Positions 20,941 to 30,258 of a stretch of DNA of 64,000 nucleotides are shown here, piece after piece. Made by a program: the position numbers and the translations under genes. The stretch is from an uncultured Chloroflexia bacterium. GTDB taxonomy: Bacteria > Chloroflexota > Limnocylindria > Limnocylindrales > CSP1-4. The stretch's first letter is position 1. Each line of letters begins with the position of its first letter. The notes below the pieces were generated by a model. It was not told the origin of the DNA. It saw only the letters and a list, made by a program, of their open reading frames with translations, and did not search any database. Where the stretch lies: contig CAVYBU010000021.1 of assembly GCA_963766735.1 (NCBI GenBank), positions 1 through 64,000 on the forward strand, written 5' to 3'.

Positions 20941-22638
20941 ATGCGCCGCTGGAGCGACACGGCCGACCGCGTTGCCGCGACGACGAAGACGTCCGGCAAG
21001 GTCGCGATCCTGGCCGCCTATCTGGCCGACCTGACGCCCGGCGAGCTGCCGGTCGCCGCGGTGTTCCTGACCGGGCGCCCGTTCCCTGGTGACGATCGGC
21101 GCTCGCTCGGCGTGGGGTGGTCCGGGCTGGCGGGAGCGGTCCTTCGCGTGGCAGGCGCCGACGGCGATGCCCTGCGCGACGCCTACGATCGTTCGTCGGA
21201 CCTCGCCACCGCGGTCACCGAGGTGCTCGAGGTGGCCGGGCATGACCCCGATCCTGCGGTGGAACCCGGCCTGTCCGAGGTCCGCGCCGCGTTCGAAGCG
21301 ATCGGGGCGGCGTCGGGTACGGCCGCGAAGGCAGCGATCCTGGAGGCGTTGCTGGCCCGCTCCGCGCCCCGCACGGCCGGCGCGATCGTCAAGGTGCTGG
21401 GCGGAGAGCTCCGGATCGGGCTGCGCGAAGGCCTGCTGGAGGCCGCGATCGCGGAGGCGTTCGACCGGCCATTGGCCGAGGTCAAGCGGGCCGGGATGCT
21501 CACCGGCGACGTGGGCCGGACAGCCGTGCTGGCCCGCGAAGACCGCCTGGGCGAGGCGTCCATGGCGGTCTTCCACCCGCTCACGTTCATGCTCGCCTCG
21601 CCGGCGGAGGACGCCGCAGAGATCATGACCCGCCTGGGACCCGTGGTCTGGGTGGAGGACAAGTACGACGGCATCCGCGCCCAGCTGCATCGAAGCGGGG
21701 GAGAGGCCCGGCTCTACTCTCGGGATCTCCACGACATCGGCCGCCAGTTCCCGGAGGTGGTCGAGGGCGCCCGGGACCTCCCGTGGTCCGGCATCCTGGA
21801 CGGCGAGCTGCTCGCCTGGAGGGACGGCGTCGTTCTGCCGTTCCTCCAGCTGCAGGCACGGCTGGGCCGGAAGGCACCCTCAGCCCAGATCCGGGCCGAG
21901 GTCCCGGTGATCTTCGTGGCCTGGGACGTGCTGGGCCTGGACACGGACGGCAACGGCGAGGTCCGTCCGCTGCTCGATGTCCCGCTGGAGGAGCGGCGCC
22001 GCATGCTGGAGGCCCTTCCCCTGCCGCTCGCCGCGGACGGCGGCCGGTTCGCGCTCAGCCACCTCACCACCGCGGACTCGGCCGATGCGCTGGAGGCCGC
22101 GTTCGCCGAGGCCCGCGCCCGCCGCAACGAGGGACTGATGGTCAAGGATCCAACCAGCACCTACGCCCCCGGGCGGCGGGGTCTCGGCTGGCTCAAGATG
22201 AAGAAGGCGCTGGCGACGCTGGACTGCGTGGTGGTCGGGGTGGAAGCGGGCCACGGCAAGCGCCACGGCGTCCTGTCGGACTACACGTTCGCCGTCCGCG
22301 ATGACGAGACGGGTGCCCTGGTCACGATCGGCAAGGCATACAGCGGGCTGACCGACGCCGAGATCGCGGCGATGACGCGCTGGTTCGAGGCCCACACGGT
22401 CAGCACCCACGGGCGGTACCGGGTGGTGGAGCCGACGGTGGTGGTGGAGATCGCGTTCGACGTGATCATGCGCTCCACCCGGCACCGGTCCGGCTTTGCG
22501 CTGCGGTTCCCGCGGATTGCACGCCTCCGCCCGGACAAGACCCAGGAGGAGGCGGACACGCTGGCGACGGTCCTCCGGCTCTACGAGGGCCTCCAGCATG
22601 GCGCCGAGCACCTGGTGACCGCGGGCGCCAGGAAGTAG
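20941..22638 (+). CDS. ATP-dependent DNA ligase (LigB-like)
   Basis: Motif I EDKYDGIR, LDGE, EGLMVK, WLKMK and ALRFPR; N-terminal DNA-binding domain. Confidence 0.95.
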   Translation: MRRWSDTADRVAATTKTSGKVAILAAYLADLTPGELPVAAVFLTGRPFPGDDRRSLGVGWSGLAGAVLRVAGADGDALRDAYDRSSDLATAVTEVLEVAGHDPDPAVEPGLSEVRAAFEAIGAASGTAAKAAILEALLARSAPRTAGAIVKVLGGELRIGLREGLLEAAIAEAFDRPLAEVKRAGMLTGDVGRTAVLAREDRLGEASMAVFHPLTFMLASPAEDAAEIMTRLGPVVWVEDKYDGIRAQLHRSGGEARLYSRDLHDIGRQFPEVVEGARDLPWSGILDGELLAWRDGVVLPFLQLQARLGRKAPSAQIRAEVPVIFVAWDVLGLDTDGNGEVRPLLDVPLEERRRMLEALPLPLAADGGRFALSHLTTADSADALEAAFAEARARRNEGLMVKDPTSTYAPGRRGLGWLKMKKALATLDCVVVGVEAGHGKRHGVLSDYTFAVRDDETGALVTIGKAYSGLTDAEIAAMTRWFEAHTVSTHGRYRVVEPTVVVEIAFDVIMRSTRHRSGFALRFPRIARLRPDKTQEEADTLATVLRLYEGLQHGAEHLVTAGARK

Positions 22639-22750
22639 CGGGGCCGGCGCCGTCGATGGTCAGGGTCCTGATCCAGGGTCGCCGGCGGGTCGTATCCTGT
22701 GGGGCACGCACCCAGCCGACGGGGCCGGGGGGGCGCGCAGGGAGAGCCAC

Positions 22751-23302
22751 ATGTTCGCAGGCATCAGCGAGTTGACCCGGGTCGAGCTCACGCTGTACAC
22801 GGACGCACTCATCACCCACGGCACCGTCCGCACGCGCCAGCACCGGATCACCGACATCCTGAACCTGTCTGAAGAGCCGTTCCTCGTCCTCGAGGACGTG
22901 CTCGTGGAGGAGCTGGGGACACGCGGCGAGCCGATCCGCGCCTCCTACGCCCAGGTCAACCTCGACGCCGTCCTGTTCGCAGTGGTCAACGAGCCGATCC
23001 AGCCCTCCCCGGAGCTGCGGACGCCCAAGACGCAGGAGCAGGCGATCCTCTCGATCCCGCCATTCAAGGTGGTGGGCACGATCCACCTGCTGCCTTCCGG
23101 CGGAGATCTACGCCAGGCCCTGGTGGAGCTCACCGGGCGCTTCCTCCCGGTCACGGACGCGGCCTACTGGTCGGAAACGCTCGGGGAGGCCCGCCAGCAG
23201 GCGCTGCTGCTCGCGGTCAACCACCGGCGGACGCAGATCCTGGCGCAGTACACGGCGGTCGACCCGTGGGCCGGGCTCGGCGGCCCGGCCACCGAGGGGT
23301 AG
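22751..23302 (+). CDS. Hypothetical protein with two similar halves (DUF6812-like)
   Basis: GGGAGAG RBS; both halves share a GT(V/I)...FL..(E/T)D...VN pattern. Confidence 0.7.
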   Translation: MFAGISELTRVELTLYTDALITHGTVRTRQHRITDILNLSEEPFLVLEDVLVEELGTRGEPIRASYAQVNLDAVLFAVVNEPIQPSPELRTPKTQEQAILSIPPFKVVGTIHLLPSGGDLRQALVELTGRFLPVTDAAYWSETLGEARQQALLLAVNHRRTQILAQYTAVDPWAGLGGPATEG

Positions 23303-23324
23303 CGCAGGGACGGTCCCCAGGCCC

Positions 23325-24167
23325 CTACCGATCGACGGGCAGGTCCAGGCGGTCGCCCCACTCGGCCCAGCCGCCGTCGTACAGCGCCACGTCCTCGTAG
23401 CCCAGCAGCGTGAGCACGAAGGCGAGCTTCGCCGAGGAGATCCCCGACCCGTCGTAGCAGACCAGGCGCCGGCCGCGGGTGATGTTCGCCTTGACGAGCA
23501 GCGCCCGGAGGTCACTGGGGTCACGGAGCCGCTGGGTGCCGGGGAGGTGCATTGCCGCGACGGGCACATTGACGGCGCCCGGGATGTGGCCCAGCCGCCG
23601 CACGTTGCCCTCGAACCCGTTGAACTCCGCCGGGCCACGCGCGTCCACCAGCAGCACGTCGGGCGCGCCGAGGAGGCCGCGCACGTCCGCCGTGGTGAGT
23701 CGCTGCCGGACCTGCGCCCGGGGCGTGAACGTCCGCGGCGCCACCTGGACCTCCCCGCTGGCCACCGGTTGGCCGCCGTCCTGCCAGCCGGGATAGCCGC
23801 CCTCCAGGATCCGCGCGGCCTCGTGGCCATAGGCGCGCAGGCTCCACCAGACGCGGGCGGCGAAGTACGAGAGGGTGTCGTCGTAGAGCACGACCGAGGT
23901 GCCGTCACCCACGCCCGCGCGCGACATCACATCGGCCATCCGGTCCGGCGGGGCGAGGAGCAGGGCATCCGAGCCCTCGACGGCGGCGGTGACGGCCGTG
24001 CGCCAGTCCATGTGGACCGCTCCCGGAATGTGGCCGACCGCGTAGACGCCTGCCGCCGATGAATCCGGCCGCCACCGCAGGTCGATGATGCGGAGATCCG
24101 GGCGGTCGAGGTTCTCGGCCAACCAGTCCGGGGTGGCGAGGAGTTCGGGTCGTGCGAAGCCGGCCAC
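23325..24167 (-). CDS. Tandem-domain rhodanese/sulfurtransferase (SseA-like), with Asp at the expected catalytic Cys position
   Basis: GHIPGA twice, VVLYDD, C-terminal YDGGWAEW; active loop reads CYDGSGIS. Confidence 0.9.
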   Translation of the reverse strand: MAGFARPELLATPDWLAENLDRPDLRIIDLRWRPDSSAAGVYAVGHIPGAVHMDWRTAVTAAVEGSDALLLAPPDRMADVMSRAGVGDGTSVVLYDDTLSYFAARVWWSLRAYGHEAARILEGGYPGWQDGGQPVASGEVQVAPRTFTPRAQVRQRLTTADVRGLLGAPDVLLVDARGPAEFNGFEGNVRRLGHIPGAVNVPVAAMHLPGTQRLRDPSDLRALLVKANITRGRRLVCYDGSGISSAKLAFVLTLLGYEDVALYDGGWAEWGDRLDLPVDR

Positions 24168-24221
24168 AGGGCCTCCAGGGAGCGGGAAGGGTGTGAACGG
24201 TACCGCCCATATGATACGGGC

Positions 24222-25466
24222 GTGCTGTCACCCTTCATGCCCGAACCCGAGAAGGTCGCGGCCGTCCGCGCACTCCTGCCCGCGACCGCCGCAGGGCTCT
24301 ACCTCAACGCAGGCACCTGTGGCCCGATGCCGGCCGAGACCCAGAGGGCCATGGACGAGCAGTCCGCCCGGGAGCTGGCCATCGGGCGCGCCCACCCGGA
24401 TCTGTGGCCGGAGGTGCTCCAGCGGATGGATGAGGCGCGCTTCGGGGTGGCCGCCGCGCTGGTCGCGGACCCGTCGGACATCGCGCTCACGCACTCCACC
24501 ACGGACGGCATGAACCTGGCGATCTCGGCCCTGCCGTGGGCGGCCGGCGATCGAGTTGTCACCTCCAGCCACGAGCACCCGGGCGGCCTCGGGCCCATGT
24601 GGGCGCTGCGTGATCGCCTCGGCGTCGAGATCGAGGTGGTGGACGTCGGGGACGGCGGCGATGCCGACGCCGTCCTGGCCGGGTTTGCCCGCGCTCTCGA
24701 GCGACCGGCCCGGGCTCTCGTCGTCAGCCACGTGCTGTGGACGACCGGCGCGGTGCTGCCCCTCGCATCGATCGGTGCCCTCGCCCGCGCCGCCGGCACG
24801 ATCACCGTCATCGACGGCGCGCAGTCCGCGGGCGCCATCCCGGTCGTGCTCGAGGACCTGGACGTGGACGCCTACGCCGTCCCGGGCCAGAAGTGGCTCC
24901 TGGGGCCCGAGGGCATGGGTGCGCTCTGGGTCCGGCGTGAGCTCGCGGACTCCGTGACCCCGGCCTCGGCCGGGTACCTGTCCTACGCCGCCATTGCCAC
25001 CGGCAGCCTCCGTCCCGGCGCCCGCCGGTTCGAGGCCACGGGCTTCCACCGCCCGTCGGTGACCGGCTTCGCCCGCAGCCTCGGCTGGCTGTCCATGTAC
25101 GTCGGCCTGCCGTGGGCCCAGGAGAGGGCCGCGCGCCTTGCCGTCGCCGCCTACGAGCGCCTGGTCGCGATCCCTGGGGTCCGGATGGTGTCACCCCGAT
25201 CGGCGCTCGGCACGCTGGTCACGTTCCGTATCGATGGCTGGACGGCCGCCGCCGCACTGCCCGAGCTGGGCTCGCGCGCATTCGCGATCATCCGGGACCT
25301 GCCGCCCATCGACGCCCTGCGGATCTCGGTGGGCTTCTGGAACACCGAGGCGGAGCTCGACCGGTTTGCCGAGACCGTGGAGCTGCTTGCGCACCACACG
25401 CCGGACACCATCCCGCCCCGGCGCATCCTGGAGGTTCTCGGCAGCGATGACGGCCCCCTCCGCTGA
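24222..25466 (+). CDS. Class V PLP enzyme (cystine lyase/EgtE-like rather than NifS/SufS)
   Basis: YLNAG, HEHPG, SHVLW, DGAQS, GQKWLLGPEG; no C-terminal catalytic Cys loop. Confidence 0.85.
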   Translation: MLSPFMPEPEKVAAVRALLPATAAGLYLNAGTCGPMPAETQRAMDEQSARELAIGRAHPDLWPEVLQRMDEARFGVAAALVADPSDIALTHSTTDGMNLAISALPWAAGDRVVTSSHEHPGGLGPMWALRDRLGVEIEVVDVGDGGDADAVLAGFARALERPARALVVSHVLWTTGAVLPLASIGALARAAGTITVIDGAQSAGAIPVVLEDLDVDAYAVPGQKWLLGPEGMGALWVRRELADSVTPASAGYLSYAAIATGSLRPGARRFEATGFHRPSVTGFARSLGWLSMYVGLPWAQERAARLAVAAYERLVAIPGVRMVSPRSALGTLVTFRIDGWTAAAALPELGSRAFAIIRDLPPIDALRISVGFWNTEAELDRFAETVELLAHHTPDTIPPRRILEVLGSDDGPLR

Positions 25467-25866
25467 CCGGAAGCCGCCGGCCGAGGCCCGACGGCGGGGG
25501 TTCTTCGAGGTCCGGTGGCGCCAGTTCCGACGCGCGCCGCGGCCCGTCGTCAGGGCCGTCGTCAGCAGCCTGAGCGTCGCGCTCGTGCTGGGCATCGCGT
25601 TCCTTGTCTACGACATGGCGCTGGACCGGGGCATCGACCTCCCCGGCGGTGACCTGCGGATCGGGTTCCTGGCCGCCTACGTCGCGACCGTGATCGTCGT
25701 CGGCGCCGTCGTGACCTGGTTGGTCGTGCCGTTGCCAGCTGGCAACGGATCCGTGCGCACAACGCGGACGCCATGGAGCCTTGCGCTCGGCCTGTTCGCG
25801 GCGGTGCCGATCGCGTACCTCGTGCTCGTTGTCCTCCACGAGATCGTCAAACCGCTCCTCGCGTAG
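25447..25866 (+). CDS. Hypothetical membrane protein (3 TM)
   Basis: Three hydrophobic segments; overlaps the upstream stop. Confidence 0.7.
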   Translation: MTAPSADRKPPAEARRRGFFEVRWRQFRRAPRPVVRAVVSSLSVALVLGIAFLVYDMALDRGIDLPGGDLRIGFLAAYVATVIVVGAVVTWLVVPLPAGNGSVRTTRTPWSLALGLFAAVPIAYLVLVVLHEIVKPLLA

Positions 25867-25985
25867 TGTTCGCCTTCTGAGCCTGCGGGTGAACCGCAGT
25901 ACGACAAGGGCGGGCACGAAACGTGGGAGCGCCGCTATCATCGTCGCGGTCGCCCGACCGAAGCCCCTGGCGCTCGAGGACCTCC

Positions 25986-26303
25986 GTGGCGAACGAAGAT
26001 CTCGGACACTCGGCCCTGCCAAAGCTCATCGGAGCCCCGGCCTACGCGCGCCCGCCAGTGGTGCCCGCGAAGCCGGTCGAGAGGCCGTTCGACCCGGACG
26101 ATCTCCCGATCGAGGCAGAGCTCACCGGCGAGGAGCTCGAACTGGTGACCCAGCTCGCCGGGCGTCCATATCAGGGGGCCGCAGCCTCCGAACCCGAGCC
26201 GGCCCCACGGAAGGGGTTGCTGATGTTGCGCGGGCGACCGTTCAGGATCAAGGTTCCCCTGGGTCGCCCAAAGGACGGCGGCGGAACCGCGCCTGGCGGC
26301 TGA
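25986..26303 (+). CDS. Hypothetical protein
   Basis: GAGGA RBS before GTG 25986; protein-like composition. Confidence 0.6.
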   Translation: MANEDLGHSALPKLIGAPAYARPPVVPAKPVERPFDPDDLPIEAELTGEELELVTQLAGRPYQGAAASEPEPAPRKGLLMLRGRPFRIKVPLGRPKDGGGTAPGG

Positions 26304-26343
26304 GCCCGCCGTCTGCCCGCGCCTGGGCAGTCACCGAGTTCTC

Positions 26344-26420
26344 GGGGGAGTAGCTCAATCGGTTAGAGCAGCGGGCTTATATCCCGCCGGTTCCAGGTTC
26401 GAGTCCTGGCTCCCCTACCA
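26344..26420 (+). tRNA. tRNA-Ile with anticodon UAU (TAT)
   Basis: Full cloverleaf: GGGGGAG/CTCCCCT acceptor stem, GCTC/GAGC D-stem, GCGGG-CT TAT AT-CCCGC, CCAGG-TTCGAGT-CCTGG, discriminator A and encoded CCA. Confidence 0.93.
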
Positions 26421-26467
26421 CTCTGTCAGCGTCTCCTCGCCACCGGCCGTCGAGTGAGGGCGCGGCG

Positions 26468-27226
26468 TCAGCGCCGGACGGCGACGGACCGGACCAGCTC
26501 CACGAGGCGCTCACGGCGGTCCGGGGTGAGCCCGCGCTGCACGGGGAGGGCCTCCAGCCAGGCGGCGAGGTCGCTCGGCGCCACGACGGCGCAGCTCGGC
26601 GTCCGTTCCACCCGGGCGTCGTCGGTCACGATGACCGCATAGACCCGGACCAGGAAGTCCCGGTCCTCGGTAGCCAGCCAGCCGCGGACGCGCTCCGCAT
26701 CGCGGGACGCTCGGTCGAGCGGCGCCTCGATCGGGATCCATCGACCCCGCTCGCCGCGGAGCTCCCACGTGGAGCCCACGTGCCGGCTGAAGGCCGGAGG
26801 CGGGCTGTCCCCCAGGACGACGAGACCGAACGGACCCAGGACCAGCTCGTGGATCCGGCGGCCGCCGGGCAGGACGAGGTTGGTGGCCGCGAGATGATCG
26901 GGCCCAAGGGCTCCAGCCAGCCGCGGCGCCATCGTCCGCGGCCGCAGGCTTCTTGCCGTCTCAAGCGTTGCCGCGATCCACGCGATCCCGATGATGGCGA
27001 GCCCGGCCGGCACGAGGATCGCCAAGCCCCACGCGATGATCCCGGCGGCGGTTTCCGCCATCGACGGCCGCCCGGCCGGGATGAAGCCGGTGAGCAGCGG
27101 GGTGCCAAGGCAGAGCCACGCGACGGCGATGGCGGCGAGCACGAGCAACGCGGAGGCCAGGGCCGAGCGGACCAGGGCAATGCGATCGGCGCGGGTAGTC
27201 GGGTTGGAGGCAGCGATGACCTGCAT
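26468..27226 (-). CDS. Membrane-anchored protein with a degenerate NERD-like domain
   Basis: Two N-terminal TM segments; IHELVLGPFGLVVL resembles NERD IDHLVVGPxGVFV but lacks the ExK motif. Confidence 0.65.
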   Translation of the reverse strand: MQVIAASNPTTRADRIALVRSALASALLVLAAIAVAWLCLGTPLLTGFIPAGRPSMAETAAGIIAWGLAILVPAGLAIIGIAWIAATLETARSLRPRTMAPRLAGALGPDHLAATNLVLPGGRRIHELVLGPFGLVVLGDSPPPAFSRHVGSTWELRGERGRWIPIEAPLDRASRDAERVRGWLATEDRDFLVRVYAVIVTDDARVERTPSCAVVAPSDLAAWLEALPVQRGLTPDRRERLVELVRSVAVRR

Positions 27227-27336
27227 CTCGTCATTCTGAGCCTTCGCTCGCCCGCGGGCCGTGGCCGATTCGGGCTACGTAGGAGGACGCTTGGGTCCGC
27301 ATCTCCGCTCCGCACTCCACCGTTCCCGACAGCGAC

Positions 27337-27354
27337 TGGTGCGACGTCGCACCA
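27337..27354. promoter_or_regulatory. Perfect 18-bp palindrome, candidate transcription factor site
   Basis: TGGTGCGACGTCGCACCA in a divergent intergenic region. Confidence 0.5.
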
Positions 27355-27501
27355 TGAAGTGTCGACCGGGACTCCCGGCGGCCGGAGAGCCCCCTCGACC
27401 CGGACCCCCGTACCATTGCGAGCCGTCTCGCGCCTCGCGATGCTCCGTTGCAGATCCCGTACCCGGCCTGCTGTCGGGGAGTGGAGGAGGCGGAAGCCCA
27501 C

Positions 27502-29199
27502 GTGCTCACGATCTCGAGGCGCATCGCAACGATCGCGGCCGTTCCCGGCCGGGCCTCCCTGCGCGCCGTCCTGGCGGCGCTGATTCTCGTAGCGACAACC
27601 GTCCTGCCGGCCGTCGCCGTCACCGGTCCGACCAGCCTGTCCGATCCCGCCGCGACGCCCAGGACCGCCACGGTTGGGACCGTTGTCACCTTCGCGGTGA
27701 CGTACCGGAATCGTGAGGGATCGGCACCTGACTACGTCCGCGTCGTGGTCGCTGGTTCCACCCTGGCCATGAAGGCCGGGACGACGTCCGAGAGCTGGAA
27801 GAAGGGGGTGCGCTACGAGGCGTCGAGCGCCCTTCCCGTCGGCAGCTGGACCCCGGTGTTCGAGGCCGCCGACCGCGAGAAGTTCACGGACTCCGTCACG
27901 GGTCCGACGGTCACGATCAACCCGGCTCCGACGCCGACGCCCCGCCCGACGGCGACGCCAACGCCGCGCCCGGTTCCGACGCCCACGCCGCGCCCGACTG
28001 CGACACCCACGCCGCGACCGACAGCGACGCCCCGACCCACGCCCACTCCGACTCCGCGACCGACGGCGACACCCACGCCGCGATCGACAGCGACACCCAC
28101 GCCGCGACCGACGGCGACCCCCCGCGCTGGGCGACGCCCACGCCGCGACTGACACCCACGCCCACGCCGACCCCGGGCGCTGGCGCGACACCCGGACCGA
28201 CCGTCACGCCGACGCCGGCCGCGTCAGCCACCGGCACGGCCGCTACCCGGCACCGAATCGAGCGAAGGAGCCTCCGGCGCGGCCTCCGCGCCCGGCGCCG
28301 ACACGCCGGGCGAGCACGCCAGCCCGTCACCGACCGATGAGCCCGGCCTTGCGATCGTCGTTCCCCTCGGGACGACCGGCGGCGGCTCCACGGGTCCCGG
28401 CGGCGGCTCCTCGGGTCCCGGCGGCGGCACATCCAGCCCGGATGGCGGCGCCCAGGCGTCCCTGTCCGGCGGTTCGGACGGCTCGTCCCTGGGCGCGACG
28501 CTCACGCGCGTGATGCCCACGATCCTGGTCACCACCGGCGGCGTGGCGATGGCCATGGCATTCCTCACCTTCGGGAAGCGACGCCGCGACCAGGAGCCCA
28601 CGGCGCCCGATGAGGTCCTCGGTGCCGCCGCTGCGAAGGGCAGCAACCTCTTCGCAAGCTCGGGACTGGTGCCCGCGATGTCCGTCGCGGGTGCCGCGGC
28701 CGCAGCCTCCGCCGTCCAGGCTGCCGTCGCGGTCGTCCCCGGAGCCGGAGATGTCGAAGCGGACCTCCCGCGCTGGCGGCGACCCTCGCTGCTCGAAGCC
28801 CGCAAGGCAGACCCGCTGCGGAGCGTGTCCACGACGGTCCATCTCACGTTCGAAGGCGAGTCGAACGCAGCCGTCTCCGGCCTCGAGCGCCGGCTCGTTC
28901 GCTATCGCATGGTCAGCCTCCTGTCGGCCCCGGACGAGGTTCGCGGCGTGGAGATCGGCGTGCTCGACGAAGGCGACGAAGTTGTCCTGATGGAGAAGCG
29001 TGGCACCTACTGGCGCGTCCTCTGCCCTGACGGGAGCCAGGGCTGGCTGCACAAGATGACGCTGGGCGACGTGGTGGTCGACTCGTCGAGCTCGCGCACG
29101 GACACCTGGACGTCGGGTGACGACGGCCCGGTCACCGGCGGGTTCGAGGACGTGATGCGTGCCTACACGGAGCACCGCAACCAGTTCGGCGACGCGTAG
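27502..29199 (+). CDS. Surface protein: signal region, Pro-Thr repeat stalk, TM segment and C-terminal SH3-like domain (frameshifted at ~28120-28245)
   Basis: GGAGGAGG RBS; TPTPRPTA repeats; TM followed by KRRR; [20 protein letters not shown]; the N- and C-terminal parts share one frame. Confidence 0.7.
27925..28215 (+). repeat. Coding tandem repeat (~24-bp units, TPTPRPTA)
   Basis: Repeated ACGCCGCGACCGACGGCGACACCC-like units. Confidence 0.85.
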
Positions 29200-29226
29200 C
29201 GGCCGCCGCACCGCCCGTCGTCCCGG

Positions 29227-30171
29227 TCAGCCCGACTTCGGCCGCCGTGCCGCGCTCCGGACCGCCGGTGGTTTCCGTAGCACCACGATGTGCTGGTGCG
29301 CGATGTTTGGCACGAACGAGCGCGGATACCCGTACGGCCGCAGCCGCGTACCGGCCTGGTACCAGGCAATGTCGCCCTTGGGCACCAGCCCGGCGGCGTC
29401 CGCCCGGGCGGCGAGATCGGCAGCGGTGAACAGGTATCGCCCCCCCTGGTAGGCATCGCGGACGATCAGGACGGCGTACCGGCCGGGCCGGAGGACGCGG
29501 TGAACCTCGCCCAGCACCTCGCCCATCGCATCGAGGAAGGCAGGGTAGTCCGGCAGGTTGGCGAGATCACCCGCCGCGTCCGAGATCATCGCGTAGTCCG
29601 TGCGCCGGTTCGCGTGCGCCTCGGCCAGGCGGCCACCGGCCATCGTCATCGGCAGCTGGACGTTGTACGGCGGGTCCGTCGCCACGAAGTCAACCGATTC
29701 GGCCGGCAGCGTGGGGAGGATCACGCGCGCATCGCCCCGCCGCATCTCCAGCCCGGACGGGTCGAAGCCTCGCTCGCCGCCGGGGTCGTTCTGACCGAGG
29801 TCCACCAGGCGCGGGCCGGCTCCGTCGCGCTCGGCCCCCAGGGCTGCGACGGTCTCCGCGTAGACCGTCGACCAGCGCTCGTCCAGCTCGATCCCGAGGG
29901 CGCGGCGCGGGCCCCGGGCGATGGCAGCCCCGAGCAGGGTGCCTCCCACGCCGGCGAAAGGGTCCAGGACCAGCTCGCCGCTCTTGGTGAAGAACTCGAT
30001 GAGCCGCGCCATCAGCCGCGGCGGCTTGTTCGCCCCGTGGACCCGGCGCCGAGCGTGCCCCAGCTCGGACGGGTACGCGGTGGTCCAGACCGACTTGGTG
30101 AAGTACAGCCACTCCTCGCCAGAGAGCTCGTTGAGGTCGTTGGCCGGGTGGGGCGGGCGGCGGTCGTTCAC
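29227..30171 (-). CDS. Orphan N4/N6 DNA methyltransferase (motif I precedes DPPY)
   Basis: HGANKP, VLDPFAGVG, IELD, GDA, TDPPYN and RVLRPGRY; GTG start 6 nt after TACGCT. Confidence 0.85.
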   Translation of the reverse strand: MNDRRPPHPANDLNELSGEEWLYFTKSVWTTAYPSELGHARRRVHGANKPPRLMARLIEFFTKSGELVLDPFAGVGGTLLGAAIARGPRRALGIELDERWSTVYAETVAALGAERDGAGPRLVDLGQNDPGGERGFDPSGLEMRRGDARVILPTLPAESVDFVATDPPYNVQLPMTMAGGRLAEAHANRRTDYAMISDAAGDLANLPDYPAFLDAMGEVLGEVHRVLRPGRYAVLIVRDAYQGGRYLFTAADLAARADAAGLVPKGDIAWYQAGTRLRPYGYPRSFVPNIAHQHIVVLRKPPAVRSAARRPKSG

Positions 30172-30258
30172 GCGGGCAGCGTACCGCCCGTGCCCGCACT
30201 CGCGAGTTCCGGGCTGGGCTCCCACGGGCCGAATGAGCCAGCCGCCTACAATGCGGAG

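Noticed and set aside
20941-22638. ATP-dependent ligase as part of an NHEJ or phage module
   Set aside because: No Ku, polymerase/phosphoesterase domains or phage genes nearby; it looks like an ordinary LigB-like enzyme
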